NCBI GenBank assembly: GCA_964016885.1
Contig: OZ024757.1
Location: forward strand, 33,728,001-33,792,000
Reading direction: 5' to 3'
Length of the DNA: 64,000 bases
DNA from: Eledone cirrhosa
Lineage: Eukaryota
Both the position numbers and the translations under genes were made by a program. The notes beneath the pieces are model-generated. The model ran no database searches. It saw only the letters and a program-made list of their open reading frames with translations, and was not told the origin of the DNA. Shown here one piece after another: positions 27,055 to 39,668 of this stretch; position 1 is the first letter of the stretch; each line of letters begins with the position of its first letter.

Positions 27055-27682
27055 CTCGCTGTTTGAGCTAGGTATGAGTATGTGAGTGCACGTCTGTGTG
27101 TGTGAATGTGCGTGCACGTCTGTGTGTGTGAATGTGCGTGTGTACGTGTGTTTGTTTATATGTGTCACTGTGTCTGTGTATTTCGGGTGGTAGGGTGGGG
27201 AGGGGCAAGCACTGCGATGGTGGGTATGTAGGTTTGTATGTTGGGGAGGAAAGGGGAGAGGGGATTAGCTTGCTGGAATGCGACCCTTTTCAGAGGGCAC
27301 GGCGACAAATTTGAAAGTTCTGAGTGAGAGGGGTGGTCGGTTTGTCGGGTGGACGGGTGGTTAGTACTCTTATGGATGTATATATATATATATATACACA
27401 TATATGTGTGTGTGTGTGTGTGTATGTTTGTGCGCGTTATGTATGGTTGAGGCGACGAAGTCTGTAGTACCAGTGCTCGAAAGAGAGACAGAAAGGAAGA
27501 CATACAGAGAGAGAGAGAGAGAGAGAGAGAAAGAAAGTGAGGGAGAGACAAAGACAAGGAGAGAGAGAGAGAGAAAGAGGGAGAGAGTGAAGGAGACCGT
27601 GAAAAATTCGATGACAGGTATCAAGGGTTCGAACTGTCGAAGTAAACATTTAAGTGAAAATTTCTGAGTCTCTCTCTCTCTT

Positions 27683-27738
<56 letters not shown>

Positions 27739-27769
27739 GAGAGAGAGAGACTCAGAAATTTATTATTAT

Positions 27770-27805
<36 letters not shown>

Positions 27806-27809
<4 letters not shown>

Positions 27810-27953
27810 AATTTAATATAGAAATTGCTTCTACAGAACTAGAACTGTTTCATTCGAAGAAAATCATCAGGAAAGACAGTTCTTGTCCTGTTGAAGCCAT
27901 TAATGTATTGAGTACCTTACTTACTGTGGTTACTCTCGATTGAACCCGGGACT
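27806..27953. mobile_element. HH-B element (complete minus-strand HHR 27827-27875 plus forward tail)
   Basis: Minus strand: CTTTC CTGATGA TTTTCTTCGAAT GAAA CAG TTCTAGTT CTG TA GAAGC. Confidence 0.75.
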
Positions 27954-27961
27954 GTCTCTCT

Positions 27962-28002
<41 letters not shown>

Positions 28003-28019
28003 TATATATATATATATAT

Positions 28020-28056
<37 letters not shown>

Positions 28057-28160
28057 ATAATAATAAATTTGAAGACTAAAATCCAAAGAGGGCTCGATAA
28101 GGATAAATATATATCAAATATATAAGAACCAATCTGTTATTTTAATAAATATATATCATA

Positions 28161-28343
28161 GGGCGGTGGATTGGCAATATCGGTAGAGGGTCGGACGCTA
28201 TGCTTTGACGTATAGAGTTACGGTCCTTGCCATTCTGAGTTCAAATCCCGCCGAGGTTAACTTTGCCTTTCATCCTTACGGGGTCGATAAAATAAAGTAC
28301 CAGTAACGCTCTGGGTAATTTCTGGCCTTGTGCCAAACGTAGA

Positions 28344-28348
<5 letters not shown>
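28161..28348 (+). mobile_element. SINE S1, full length
   Basis: GGGCGGTGGATTGGCAATATCGG..GAGTTCAAATCC..GTAGAAACAAT. Confidence 0.9.
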
Positions 28349-28391
<43 letters not shown>

Positions 28392-28533
28392 GGACCGAGG
28401 AAACAATGTTTCCATTGGTCTTTCCAATTGCAATAACTAACTACCGAGCAGAAGGAGCAACGTGAAATAAAGTGTCTTGCTCAAGGTATTTCTCCCCAAC
28501 TCTCTAATGATTTTATTTGCTCTCTATCTATCC

Positions 28534-28590
<57 letters not shown>

Positions 28591-28596
<6 letters not shown>

Positions 28597-28888
28597 AGGG
28601 ATAAGTTGTGGTGTGCAGGGGAGAAGGCTGAGATGGTATGGACATGTGATGCGCATGAAGGATGACCGCTGGGTAAAGAAGTGCCAAGAAATCCCAGTAG
28701 AAGGAAGACGCAGTAGAGGTAGACCACGAAAAACATTGGCGGAGGTGGTGAGAGCAGACCTCAGATCGCTGAAGCTCACCGAGGAGATGACAAAGGACCG
28801 TGACAAGTGGAGAGATGCTGTGCTGAATAGGACCCATCCAACCCTTACAAGCAGGGAAAAGTGGACGTAAAATGATGATGATGATGAT
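28591..28888 (+). mobile_element. RTE family A 3' fragment
   Basis: RRLRWYGHVMRMKDDRWVKKC..GRPRKT plus (GAT)n tail. Confidence 0.9.
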
Positions 28889-28925
28889 ATCTATATATAT
28901 ATATAGCCATCTATCTAGCTATGTG

Positions 28926-28985
28926 TCTTTCTCTCTCTCTCTCTCCCTCTCTCTCTCTCTCTCTCCCTCTCTCTCTCTCTCCCTC

Positions 28986-29051
<66 letters not shown>

Positions 29052-29250
29052 TCCCCCTCTCTCTCCCTCTCTCTCTCTCCCTCTCCCTCTCTCTCTCTCC
29101 CTCTCTCTCTCCCCCCCCCCTCTCTCTCCCTCTCTCTCTCCCCCCCCCCTCTCTCTCTCTCCCTCTCTCTCCCTCCCTCTCTCTCTCCCTCTCTCTCCCT
29201 CCCTCTCTCTCTCTCTCCCTCCCTCCCTCTCCCTCTCCCCTCTCTCCTCT
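28926..29250. repeat. (CT)n/(CCCT)n polypyrimidine tract
   Basis: Directly visible. Confidence 0.95.
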
Positions 29251-29339
29251 TTTCTTCGCTCACTTGAACTTATTCTTGTGCGTTTTTCTTTTATTTGTTT
29301 TATGATAGTCTTACGTCATTTTCATGTCTCTTTCACTTC

Positions 29340-31000
29340 TCATCATAGCCACCACCACCATCATAGCCACCACCACCACCACCACCATCATAGCCACCAC
29401 CACCATCATAGCCACCACCACCATCATAGCCACCACCACCACCACCACCATCATAGCCACCACCACCATCATCACCATCATAGCCACCACCACCATCATA
29501 GCCACCACCATCATCACCACCATCATACCCACCACCACCATCATAGCCACCACCACCATCATACCCACCACCACCATCATAGCCACCACCACCATCATAG
29601 CCACCACCATCATCACCACCATCATACCCACCACCACCATCATAGCCACCACCACCATCATACCCACCACCACCATCATAGCCACCACCACCATCATAGC
29701 CACCACCATCATCACCACCATCATACCCACCACCACCATCATAGCCACCACCGCCATCATACCCACCACCACCATCATACCCACCACCACCATCATAGCC
29801 ACCACCACCATCATAGCCACCACCACCACCATCATAGCCACCACCATCATAGCCACCACCACCATCATAGCCACCACCACCACCACCACCATCATAGCCA
29901 CCACCACCATCATCACCATCATAGCCACCACCACCATCATAGCCACCACCACCACCACCACCATCATAGCCACCACCACCATCATCACCATCATAGCCAC
30001 CACCACCATCATAGCCACCACCATCATCACCACCATCATACCCACCACCACCATCATCACCACCATCATCACCACCATCATCACCATCATAGCCACCACC
30101 ACCATCTTAGCCACCACCACCATCATAGCCACCACCACCACCATCATAGCCACCACCATCATAGCCACCACCACCATCATAGCCACCACCATCATCACCA
30201 CCATCATAGCCACCACCACCATCATCACCACCATCATCACCACCATCATCACCATCATAGCCACCACCACCATCTTAGCCACCACCACCATCATAGCCAC
30301 CACTACCATCATACCCACCATCACCATCATACCCATCATCACCATCATAGCCACCACCACCATCATAGCCACCACCATCATCACCACCATCATAGCCACC
30401 ATCACCACCACCATCACCATCATAGCCACCACCACCATCACCACCACCATCACCATCATAGCCACCACCACCATCATACCCACCACCATCGCTATCATAA
30501 CCACCGTCATCATAATCATCACCATTATAGCCATCACCACCATCACTATTACAACTTTTATCACCCTACCATCACCCACCACCATCATAATCACCACCCA
30601 TCACCCACCACCATCATAATCACCACCCATCACCTCCACCATCACTACCACCACCACCATAACCATCACCACCACCACCATAACCATCACCACCACTAAC
30701 ATCATACCATCAACATCACCACTGCCAATATTATACCATCATAACCACCATCAACAGCACCACCATCCTCAACAGCACCACCATCATCATCATCACCACC
30801 ACCACCACCACCACCACCACCATCATCACCATACCATCATCATAATCACCACCATCACAATTACCATAATCATCATCGCCGTCATCATCATCACCACTCT
30901 TATCATCACAATCACCATTAACACCATCATCATCACCATCACCATTAACACCATCATCATCACCATCATCACCATCATCACCATCACCACCATCACTATC
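29340..31000. repeat. (CAC/CAT)n cryptic triplet repeat with ~18-bp CATCATAGCCACCACCAC period
   Basis: Directly visible; produces the poly-His, Thr/Ile and Val/Met ORFs. Confidence 0.95.
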
Positions 31001-31602
31001 TGATACAAACATACGAGACACAACATACATACATACATATACATACACTCATACATACATGTACATACATACATACATTCATATATATATATATATACAT
31101 ATATACATAGATACATACATACACACAACAAACATACACACATACATACATACACACACATACATCCACACACACACATACATACATACATCCACACACA
31201 CACATACATACTTATAGACACACACACTCACATACACCCATACATTTCTGCCCTCATCTTTATATTTTCTGTCATTCTCTTTTTCCACTTCGTGGAGGTG
31301 CCACGGCAAAAAAGCACCCAGCCCATACTGTAAAGTGGACGTGTAGGTGTCACGAAAAAGCACCCAGCACTCACTGTAAATGAGGTTGGTGTTAGGAAGG
31401 GCATCCAGCTGTAGAAATCAAGCCAAAATCAGTTCCTGTATGAGCAAGGCATGGTCAGCCGACCAGACACTACCCACAACAGGACAACCCGTCTAACCCA
31501 TGCTAGCGTGGAAGAACAGACGTAAAACGGTGATGATGATATATATATATATATATATATACAAAATATAAAACAATCAAATTTTAGCTTAATACATTTA
31601 AT

Positions 31603-31649
31603 TGCTGACGATCGTTTCTTCCAGACAACTCTATGGAATCATCAGAGCA
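31603..31649 (-). ncRNA. Minimal type I hammerhead ribozyme (family HH-G)
   Basis: Minus strand: TGCT CTGATGA TTCCA..TGGAA GAAA CGATCG TC AGCA; perfectly palindromic stem III ACGATCGT; GUC site. Confidence 0.85.
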
Positions 31650-31958
31650 TACACAATGTTTAAACAAGTAATAATAATCCTAGTCTTCGGAACATTCATA
31701 AAGATACATTACTATTGACACTGTCAGTGACATCATATTGAAAAGCAAGAGTGACAAAATGATAACTTTGCCTTTCATCCTTACGGGGTCGATAAAATAA
31801 AGTACCAGTAATGTACTGGTAAATTGCTGGCCTTGTGCCAAAAGTAGAAATAATTATGTTATACAGATATCAAAGTATTAGGAGCTGTTGTGAAGAGTGA
31901 AAATATTGAGCATATAAAGGAACAAAGAATCAGTGTTCCATCATATACATATTTAATT

Positions 31959-32051
31959 ACATATTACAAATGTTTCACTGTCGATCAGCTCAAGGAACAA
32001 TCGATTAATGATCAATCCTGACGCTGGAATTTGGATGCTGCTCAGATATGT
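31959..32051 (-). ncRNA. Degenerate hammerhead with long stem II (family HH-L)
   Basis: Minus strand: ACATAT CTGAGCA (G8>C) GC..CAGC.TCAGG/CCTTGAGCTG..GT GAAA CATTTG TA ATATGT; a relative is at 44708-44792. Confidence 0.55.
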
Positions 32052-32170
32052 GTTAACATCTAGACTCGCGTCTAAGAGTGATTCTTGATACTCTGCTCCC
32101 CACGACCATCAAGTACTCACCTTGGCATACCGCCTATGGACGCAATTAATTTGCACCTCTAATACCTATA

Positions 32171-32208
<38 letters not shown>

Positions 32209-32384
32209 TATATATATATATTGTTAAATAATAAATAAATCAACTAATACCTTAACACTTCACACAAAGTAAAACATTTCGTTTTAATCATTTTCTAACC
32301 CAGAAAAAAGAGAGAGAGAGACAAAAAAAAAGGAAAAAATATATATTTTTCTTCCCTTCCTCATAATCGTCTCTTTCTCCCTGT

Positions 32385-32424
<40 letters not shown>

Positions 32425-32551
32425 CTATTTCTTCTGTAACGTCTGAAACGTTAAGACTCTTTTCCTACTATATCAAGCATAAAACTAATAATATATATTA
32501 TCATTGTACTGTGTCATTTACTTTGATATTTCTGTTTGCCTTTTGCAGATA

Positions 32552-32595
<44 letters not shown>

Positions 32596-32597
<2 letters not shown>

Positions 32598-32674
32598 GGG
32601 TGTCCCAAAAAGTGTATACATGTATTTATTAGAATGCTGTTGAAGTGTGTATTTATATTTTTTGGGACACCCTG
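32596..32674. mobile_element. Tc1/mariner-like MITE remnant
   Basis: 16-bp TIR CAGGGTGTCCCAAAAA / TTTTTGGGACACCCTG. Confidence 0.7.
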
Positions 32675-32717
32675 TGTGTATATTTATATATATATATATA
32701 TCATCATCATAATCATC

Positions 32718-32775
<58 letters not shown>

Positions 32776-32843
32776 GATATCTGTAGATAAAAGGCCAAGG
32801 AAAACAATGCTCAATCTATTGCAAGAGAGCTTATTTCATATAG

Positions 32844-32965
32844 TTAACATGTATGTGTGACCTTAGGTTTTTTGGTCTAGTTATTGCCACTACTGTATAG
32901 TGAAGGAGCTATTTTAAAACTGGCCTCTCTCGACCCTGAAACCTAAGGTCTCACATACATGTTAA
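32844..32965. mobile_element. Fold-back element with degenerate HHR
   Basis: Inverted repeat 32844-32870 / 32939-32965 containing GAAA CCTAAGG TC. Confidence 0.5.
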
Positions 32966-33171
32966 TATATTCCTTCTTGTGCGGTTTGTTCTGTTATTTC
33001 TACACACACACACACATACACACTTTTCTAAAAAATAAATCATACACAAAACGCCAGCACCAACAGTTTTGCAAGAGATGTCAACATGAATGGACCTGTT
33101 ATTTTTATCTAAAAAAAATTTTTCAAAATCCAACTTGCCCGTCCCCTCAATCTATCTTATTTCTCATTCTT

Positions 33172-33207
33172 TCTTCTGATGAAGGACTAGTGTCCGAAAC
33201 GTTAAGA
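33172..33207 (+). ncRNA. Minimal hammerhead ribozyme (family HH-H)
   Basis: TCTT CTGATGA A GGAC TAGT GTCC GAAA CG TT AAGA; stem III is reduced to the palindrome ACGT. It lies in an element at ~33104-33296. Confidence 0.75.
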
Positions 33208-33296
33208 CCCTCTTCCTGCTATATCAAGCGTTAACCTAATATATCCCTTCCATATACTGTACCAATTGTGTTGTTATTTCTCTTTACCTTTTACAT

Positions 33297-33351
<55 letters not shown>

Positions 33352-33899
33352 TCTCTCTCAACCTGTCTGTATGTACACTGAGTCACACTTTTTCTCTCTC
33401 TCCTCTATTAACATCACACACTGACACATATCACTCACACACACACACAACACATAACCACACACATAGCATATATCACTACAGACATCACTAACACACT
33501 ACACACACACACACACACGTAAACACATAAACACACATATGCACACAAACATACATAAACATAAACACACACATACATACACTGATGCACATAAACACAC
33601 AAAAAACAAACACGTGTAATTATTTATATATACACACACTCTTTATAGGTCAGCTCTCCTGTGTATTTACATTACATTAGAAGGAGTGTAATCTCCTCCA
33701 GGAGAATAATGATTATATATCCACTTCATAACATACTGAACTTGGAGTGGTGGAGACTTCTGGGATTCACCTCCCTATTCATTGCTATCGGTGGAGACAG
33801 GGGTATAGGTCCATGAGCGAGCCCCTGAGAATTAGAATAATTATTTCAACACGGCTCCCTCAATATATTTCACTCAACATGTCTCACTCAATACATCCC

Positions 33900-34330
33900 C
33901 CTCAACACATCTCCCTCACTCGACACGTCTCCCTCCTTCGACACGTCTCCCTCACTCGACACGTCTCCCTCACTCGACACGTCTCCCTCACTCGACACGT
34001 CTCCCTCACTCGACACGTCTCCCTCACTCGACACGTCTCCCTCACTCGACACATCTCCTTCGACACATCTCCCTCACTCGACACGTCTCCCTCACTCGAC
34101 ACATCTCCTTCGACACGTCTCCCTCACTCGACACGTCTCCCTCACTCGACACGTCTCCCTCAACATGTCTCTCTTGACAAGTCTCCCTCCACACGTTTCA
34201 TGTGACACATCTTCCTCAATACATCTCCCTCAACATGTGTCCCTCAGCACGTCTCCTTAAACATGCACTCCGCAACACACACCTCTAGACTCGACTCCTA
34301 CAACCCCCTCGACACATCTCCCTCAACACT
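33900..34330. repeat. 18-bp minisatellite CGACACGTCTCCCTCACT
   Basis: Directly visible, degenerating at both ends. Confidence 0.9.
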
Positions 34331-35016
34331 ATCCTCCGGGGGAGGGGGTAGCACAGCACTTTTTTCCATTCTGTCTCCAGTGAAGAATCTTAGGGCTGTT
34401 TGTGTAACCCCTGGTCAGCCATGATTGAGCAGACCTACAAGGACAGGCATTCCAAGCAGGACCACCACAACCATTCTCAATGAGCACAGAAGAACCCTTT
34501 TTACTAAGACAATTTAGGGGTGTGATTTGAGGGATCAATTGGCTACTTTTTCTAGTGGAATGGATAAACATGTAATCTGGAGTTGTGAGGGGGAATTAAG
34601 TTCTGATAGATGGGGGGTGGGGAACAGCTTTGATACTGGTGAAACAGATGGAGTTATGGCCCTTTACTTTCTGAGTTCAAATCCTGCCACAGTTAGCTTT
34701 GCCTTTCATCCTTACGGGGTGGATAAAATACAGTACCAGTAATGTACTGGGTCAACTTTCTGCTCTCCCCAAATTTCTGGCCTTGTGCCTATAGTAGAAA
34801 TCAATATTGTTGTTTTGTAGTAGAGGAAAAGTCAATTAAATTGACCCCATTGCATTACTGGTACTTTATTTTATCATCCTTACAGGGTGGATAAAATAAA
34901 GTGCCAGTAACACACTGGGTCGATTTAATTGACTTTCTTTCCCCTCAACAAAAAATTGTTGGCTTTGTGCCTAAATCAGAAACTGTTGTTGTTGTTGTTG
35001 TTGTTGTTGTTCACTT

Positions 35017-35266
35017 AATCACCACCACCATCACCATCATCATCACCACCATCACCACCACCACCATCATCACCACCACCATCAAAATCACCATCACCAC
35101 CACCATCATCACCACCACCATCAACATCACCATCATCACCACCACCAACATCACCATCATCACCACCACCAACATCATCACCACCACCAACATCACCACC
35201 ACCATCAACATAACCACCACCATCAACATCACCACCATCATAACCACCATCAACATCACTACCATC
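35017..35266. repeat. (CAC/CAT/CAA)n triplet repeat
   Basis: Directly visible. Confidence 0.9.
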
Positions 35267-35419
35267 ATGTCATCTTAACACTGTATTCGTGTGAGGAAGG
35301 GATAGGGGCAGGGTCTAATGATGATATTGACAATGATGATGATGATGATTTGTGGTTCCTGTTATTGATAATTTGCTAATATTTTTTCTTTTTTTTTTTT
35401 TTGGCGCCAACTTGAGCAT

Positions 35420-36230
35420 TTGGTAATGAGAAGAAGAGAGGAAGGTGGAAAAAGTAAACTTACTATTTACAATTCAGTATTTGTGCCAACCCTTACCTAT
35501 GGTCATGAATCTTGGGTAATGACTGAAAGAGTATGATCGCAAATACAAGCAACCGAAAAGGGTTTCCTCCAAAGGGTCTTTGGAATAACGTTACTTGATA
35601 AAGTGTGTAGCCTGGAGATCAGAGAGTCACTCCAGGTAGAACTGCTACTTCTCCAAATTGAGAGATCACAGCTCCGATACTATGGGCATGTGGTTAGTTT
35701 GTAGCTCAGAGATCAGAGAGTCACTCCAGGTAGAGCCACTACTTCTCCGAATTGAGAGATCACAGCTCCAATACTATAGGAATGTGGTTAGAATGACTCA
35801 GGAAAGAATATGTAGCTCAGAGATCAGAGAGTCACTCCAGGTAGAGCCACTACTTCTCCAAATTGAGAGATCACAGCTCTGATACTATGGACATGTGGTT
35901 AGAATGTCTCAGGAAAGAATATGTAGCTCAGAGATCAGAGAGTCACTCCAGGTAGAGCCACTACTTCTCCAAATTGAGAGATCACAGCTCTGATACTATG
36001 GACATGTGGTTAGAATGTCTCAGGAAAGAATCACTGGACAGATTTTACTGGCAAAACCAACCGGCAGGAGACCCAGGGGTAGATCCTGAACAAGATGGTT
36101 GGATAACATCCATGACCTTGGTTGGTCTCGCTTGGGGATCCAGCTGGATCAGTTGGAGATGGTTACTTCTGAGAGGCCCGCTGGACGAGGTGTTTGAAAA
36201 ATGGACGTTTAACGGTGGTGATGATGATGA

Positions 36231-36232
<2 letters not shown>
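35420..36232 (+). pseudogene. RTE (Rex3/Expander-like) ORF C-terminus with four tandem internal copies
   Basis: PTLTYGHESWVMTER..EIRESLQVEPLLLRIERSQL.YYGHVVRM..PTGRRPRGR..RWLD. The unit starts at 35606, 35700, 35811 and 35922. Confidence 0.85.
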
Positions 36233-36262
<30 letters not shown>

Positions 36263-36265
<3 letters not shown>

Positions 36266-36396
36266 GGCTTTCCAGATGATTTACTCCAAATGAAACAGTT
36301 CTAGTCCTGTAGAAGCCATTTCTATATCAAATATTTATACTCTGCTATGTATTGAGTAACTTACTTACTGTGGTTACCCCCGATTGAACCAGGGAT
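36263..36396 (+). mobile_element. HH-B monomer (core mutated CAGATGA)
   Basis: GGCTTTC CAGATGA ..GAAA CAG TTCTAGTC CTG TA GAAGCC plus tail, between TA tracts. Confidence 0.75.
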
Positions 36397-36420
36397 ACAC
36401 ATACACATATATATATATAT

Positions 36421-36588
36421 ATATTTATTAAAATAACAGATTAAAGTTTAAGCAAAGAATCACTGCTTTCTTAAACTTTAATCTGTTATTTTAATAAATA
36501 TTTGCTCTATGGTTCTTATATATTTGATATATATTTATCCTTATCGAGCCCTCTTTGGATTTTAGTCTTCACATTTATTATTATTACT
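36421..36588. mobile_element. HH-F fold-back mini-element
   Basis: Inverted repeat 36421-36452 / 36470-36501. The loop is the reverse complement of GAAA GCA..TGC TT. The tail is shared with 22505-22581, 28052-28152 and 47077-47112. Confidence 0.7.
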
Positions 36589-36600
36589 ATATATATATGT

Positions 36601-36810
36601 GAAGGCGTGTGGCTGAGTGGTTAGAGAATTTGGATTTGCAATCGTGAGGTTGTGATTTCGATTCCCAGACCGGGTGATGCGTAATGTCCTTGAGCAAGAC
36701 ACTTTATTTCTTGTTGCTCCTGCTGCCTGGAGTTGCGACTGACAGATAGTATTAGCAATTGGAAAAACCAATGGGAACATTGTTTCCTCGGTCTGATTTG
36801 ATGAGCTCAA
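36601..36810 (+). mobile_element. tRNA-head SINE
   Basis: TGGCTGAGTGG A-box and TTCGATTCC B-box; related copies at ~15168, 28388(-) and 52305. Confidence 0.75.
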
Positions 36811-36856
36811 CCCCACACATGAAGCGAATGAGGTCTGGGATCTTGTTGATCAACTG

Positions 36857-37193
36857 TCATCATCATTTCATCATATGTCCACTTTTCCCTGCTTGCAAGG
36901 GTGGGACGGGAACTGATTCTGGCTTAATTTCTACAGCTGGACGCCCTTCCTAACACCAACCTCATTTACAGTGAGTGCCGGGTGCTTTTTTGCCATGGCA
37001 CCTCCACGTCCACTTTGCAGTGGAATGATAGGGACCCCAGTCCCTATCATCTCATTTCTACAGCTGAGTAAGCTGGAGCAATGTGAAATAAAGTGTCTTG
37101 CTAAAGGAAACAACACATCACCCGGTCTGAGAATTGAACTCACAACCTTTCGATTGCAAGGCCAATGCTCTAACCACTAAGCCATGTGCCTCC
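36857..37193 (-). mobile_element. Full-length SINE S2 (tRNA head, internal hairpin, RTE family A tail)
   Basis: Minus strand: TGGCTTAGTGG..GAGTTCAATTCT head, ATGATAGGGAC-TGGG-GTCCCTATCAT hairpin, and a tail matching the RTE-A 3' end. Confidence 0.85.
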
Positions 37194-38404
37194 ATCAGTA
37201 TATATATATATATAACTTTAAATGATAAATACATAGGCCAGGGTGGCATAATGGCCTACATCCTGAAGTATGTATGTTTATATCCTGTTATATACACACA
37301 CATATATATGATAATGATGATGATACTCTCATGTATATATTGTATTGATCATATCAGACATATGAAGACAGATTCTTAGCCATCAACTGTTGTTGACTCA
37401 CTATAGCTGCTGCTGCTACTGTTGTACATACTTACACATACATATTTATATATATGCATACATACACACACATATATATATATGTCATTGTCCACTTTTC
37501 GCTGCTTGCAAGGGTTGGACGGGTCCTATTCAGCACAGCATCTCTCCACTTCTATATATATAGATGGATGCATACATGCATATACATACATACATACATA
37601 CTTACATATATACATACACATACATAAATACATACATACACCTGCACATCCATACATGCACACACACACACACACACACACACTCTCACACATGCACATA
37701 CATACATACATAAATACACACATACATACATAAATACACACATATACATACATACATAAATACACACATATATACATACATAAATACACCTGCACATCCA
37801 TACATGCACACACACACACTCTCACACATGCACATACATACATACATACACACATATTGCATAATACATAAACAATACAAACATGCATACATAAATGTAT
37901 ACATGCATATACATACATAATACAAACATGCATACATTACATACACACATACGTGCATACATACATGGTCATGTAGGTGTCAACAAAAAGCACCCATTAC
38001 ACACTATATATGTGGTTGACATTAGGAAGGGCATCCAGCCATAGAATCCAAGCCAAAATCAGCCCTACATGAGTGAAACACAATACTCCAGCCAGATCTA
38101 TCTCAAAGGGATAGTTCCTCCTACCCATACTAGTGTGGAATATGGACGTTAAATGATGATGATGATGATGATAAACAGTTTTGCATTGTAGAACCAAAGC
38201 TGGTTTCAGGGGGTTTAGTATAGTTTGTTCAATGCCCCGAATATGTCAATAAAAATATTGATTATGTCATATTTTTGTGAAAGATAAACACATCATTCAC
38301 CCCTGCTAAAAACATGACATCATGGTATTGCTTTCTATTATAGAATGATTGTTATTGTTAAAACAATATACAATGCTGTATAGTAGGGACTGTGCTACAA
38401 TAAC

Positions 38405-38880
38405 ATACACCCAGTCCACTCTGTAAAGTGTTAGTGCTGGTGACACAGTTAAATACACCCAGTACACTCTGTACAGTGTTAGTGCTGGTGACACAGTTAA
38501 ATACACCCAGTACACTCTGTACAGTGTTAGTGCTGGTGACACAGTTAAATACACCCAGTACACTCTGTAAAGTGTTAGTGCTGGTGACACAGTTAAATAC
38601 ACCTAATACACTCTGTAAAGTGTTAGTGCTGGTGACACAGTTAAATACACCCAGTACACTCTGTACAGTGTTAGTGCTGGTGACACAGTTAAATACACCT
38701 AGTACACTCTGTAAAGTGTTAGTGCTGGTGACACAGTTAAATACACCCAGTACACTCTGTACAGTGTTAGTGCTGGTGACACAGTTAAATACACCCAGTA
38801 CACTCTGTACAGTGTTAGTGCTGGTGACACAGTTAAATACACCTAGTACACTCTGTAAAGTGTTAGTGCTGATGTCACAA
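38405..38880. repeat. 48-bp minisatellite (~10 copies)
   Basis: Unit CACCCAGTACACTCTGTA(A/C)AGTGTTAGTGCTGGTGACACAGTTAAATA. Confidence 0.95.
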
Positions 38881-38929
38881 TTTAATGCATCATCATGTGG
38901 CCTCAGCCGAAACTGACTCAATGATAGAT

Positions 38930-39420
38930 CTGCTCACAGCTCTGTCACTCATTACATTGTCTAGATCCTGAACATCAATACCATAGTCTCTGGTTATGAC
39001 ATCTGGATAGGAGAGCTTATGACATCTGGGTAGGAGAGCTTATGACATCTGGATAGGAGAGCTTATGACATCTGGATAGGAGAGCTTATGACATCTGGAT
39101 AGGAGAGCTTGTGACATCTTTGACTCTTGACAGATGATGGTTTCCAATTTACATACGTCTGTTGCTCATTACATTGCCTAGATCTTAAACATCAATACCA
39201 GAGCCTCTGGTTATGACATCGGGAGAACAGATCTTGTGGACAGCTTTGACTTTTGATAGATGTTGGTTTCTAATCCACGCTGGCCTGTTGCTCATTGTAT
39301 TGCCTAAGTCTTGAACATCAATACCAGAGTGTTTAGCCAAGACATCTGGTTAGGAGAGCTTATGACATCTGGATAGGAGTGTTTGTGATATCTTTGGCTT
39401 TCGACAGATGTTGGTTTCCA
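38930..39420. repeat. Three diverged ~120-bp units, the first with a nested 23-bp array
   Basis: CATT.C.TAG.TC.T.AACATCAATACCA three times; GAGCTTATGACATCTGGATAGGA about five times at 38993-39118. Confidence 0.8.
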
Positions 39421-39668
39421 AAACACCAAAGGAGACACAGCTTCATTTGAGATGTGATAGCAATGTCCTGCAAATCTCAGCCTCCTCTTTCACACAATAT
39501 CAGAAATACGAAGTGTACTGTCATATATTTCTTTTGGAGTCTTATGTTGTCTTCAACTTAGGGCCCAACAAAGCATATTAAATACATCCAGCACACTCCG
39601 TAAGGTGGTAGTGTTGGCGCCACGATGATGATGTTGATATATATATATGTTTATCAAGAATATATATA

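Noticed and set aside
28921-30699. 592-aa His-rich ORF resembling a metal-binding or structural protein
   Set aside because: It starts in a (CT)n tract, has no signal peptide or clear splice context, and overlapping frames on both strands are also open. A cryptic CAC/CAT repeat explains it. Only expression data could revive it.
31959-32051. Apparent novel hammerhead with a ~50-nt insertion at core position 7
   Set aside because: Comparison with the relative at 44708-44792 gives a simpler reading: an ordinary HHR with a long stem II and a single core point mutation in each copy (CTGAGCA and CTGTTGA).
36601-36675. tRNA-like sequences with A and B boxes (also 28161, 46063, 52305)
   Set aside because: They continue into SINE bodies and do not form complete cloverleaves, so they are SINE heads rather than tRNA genes.
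38405-38880. CRISPR-like regularity of the 48-bp array (also 33900-34330 and 58545-59550)
   Set aside because: The units are contiguous with no unique spacers and no cas genes, in a eukaryotic context.
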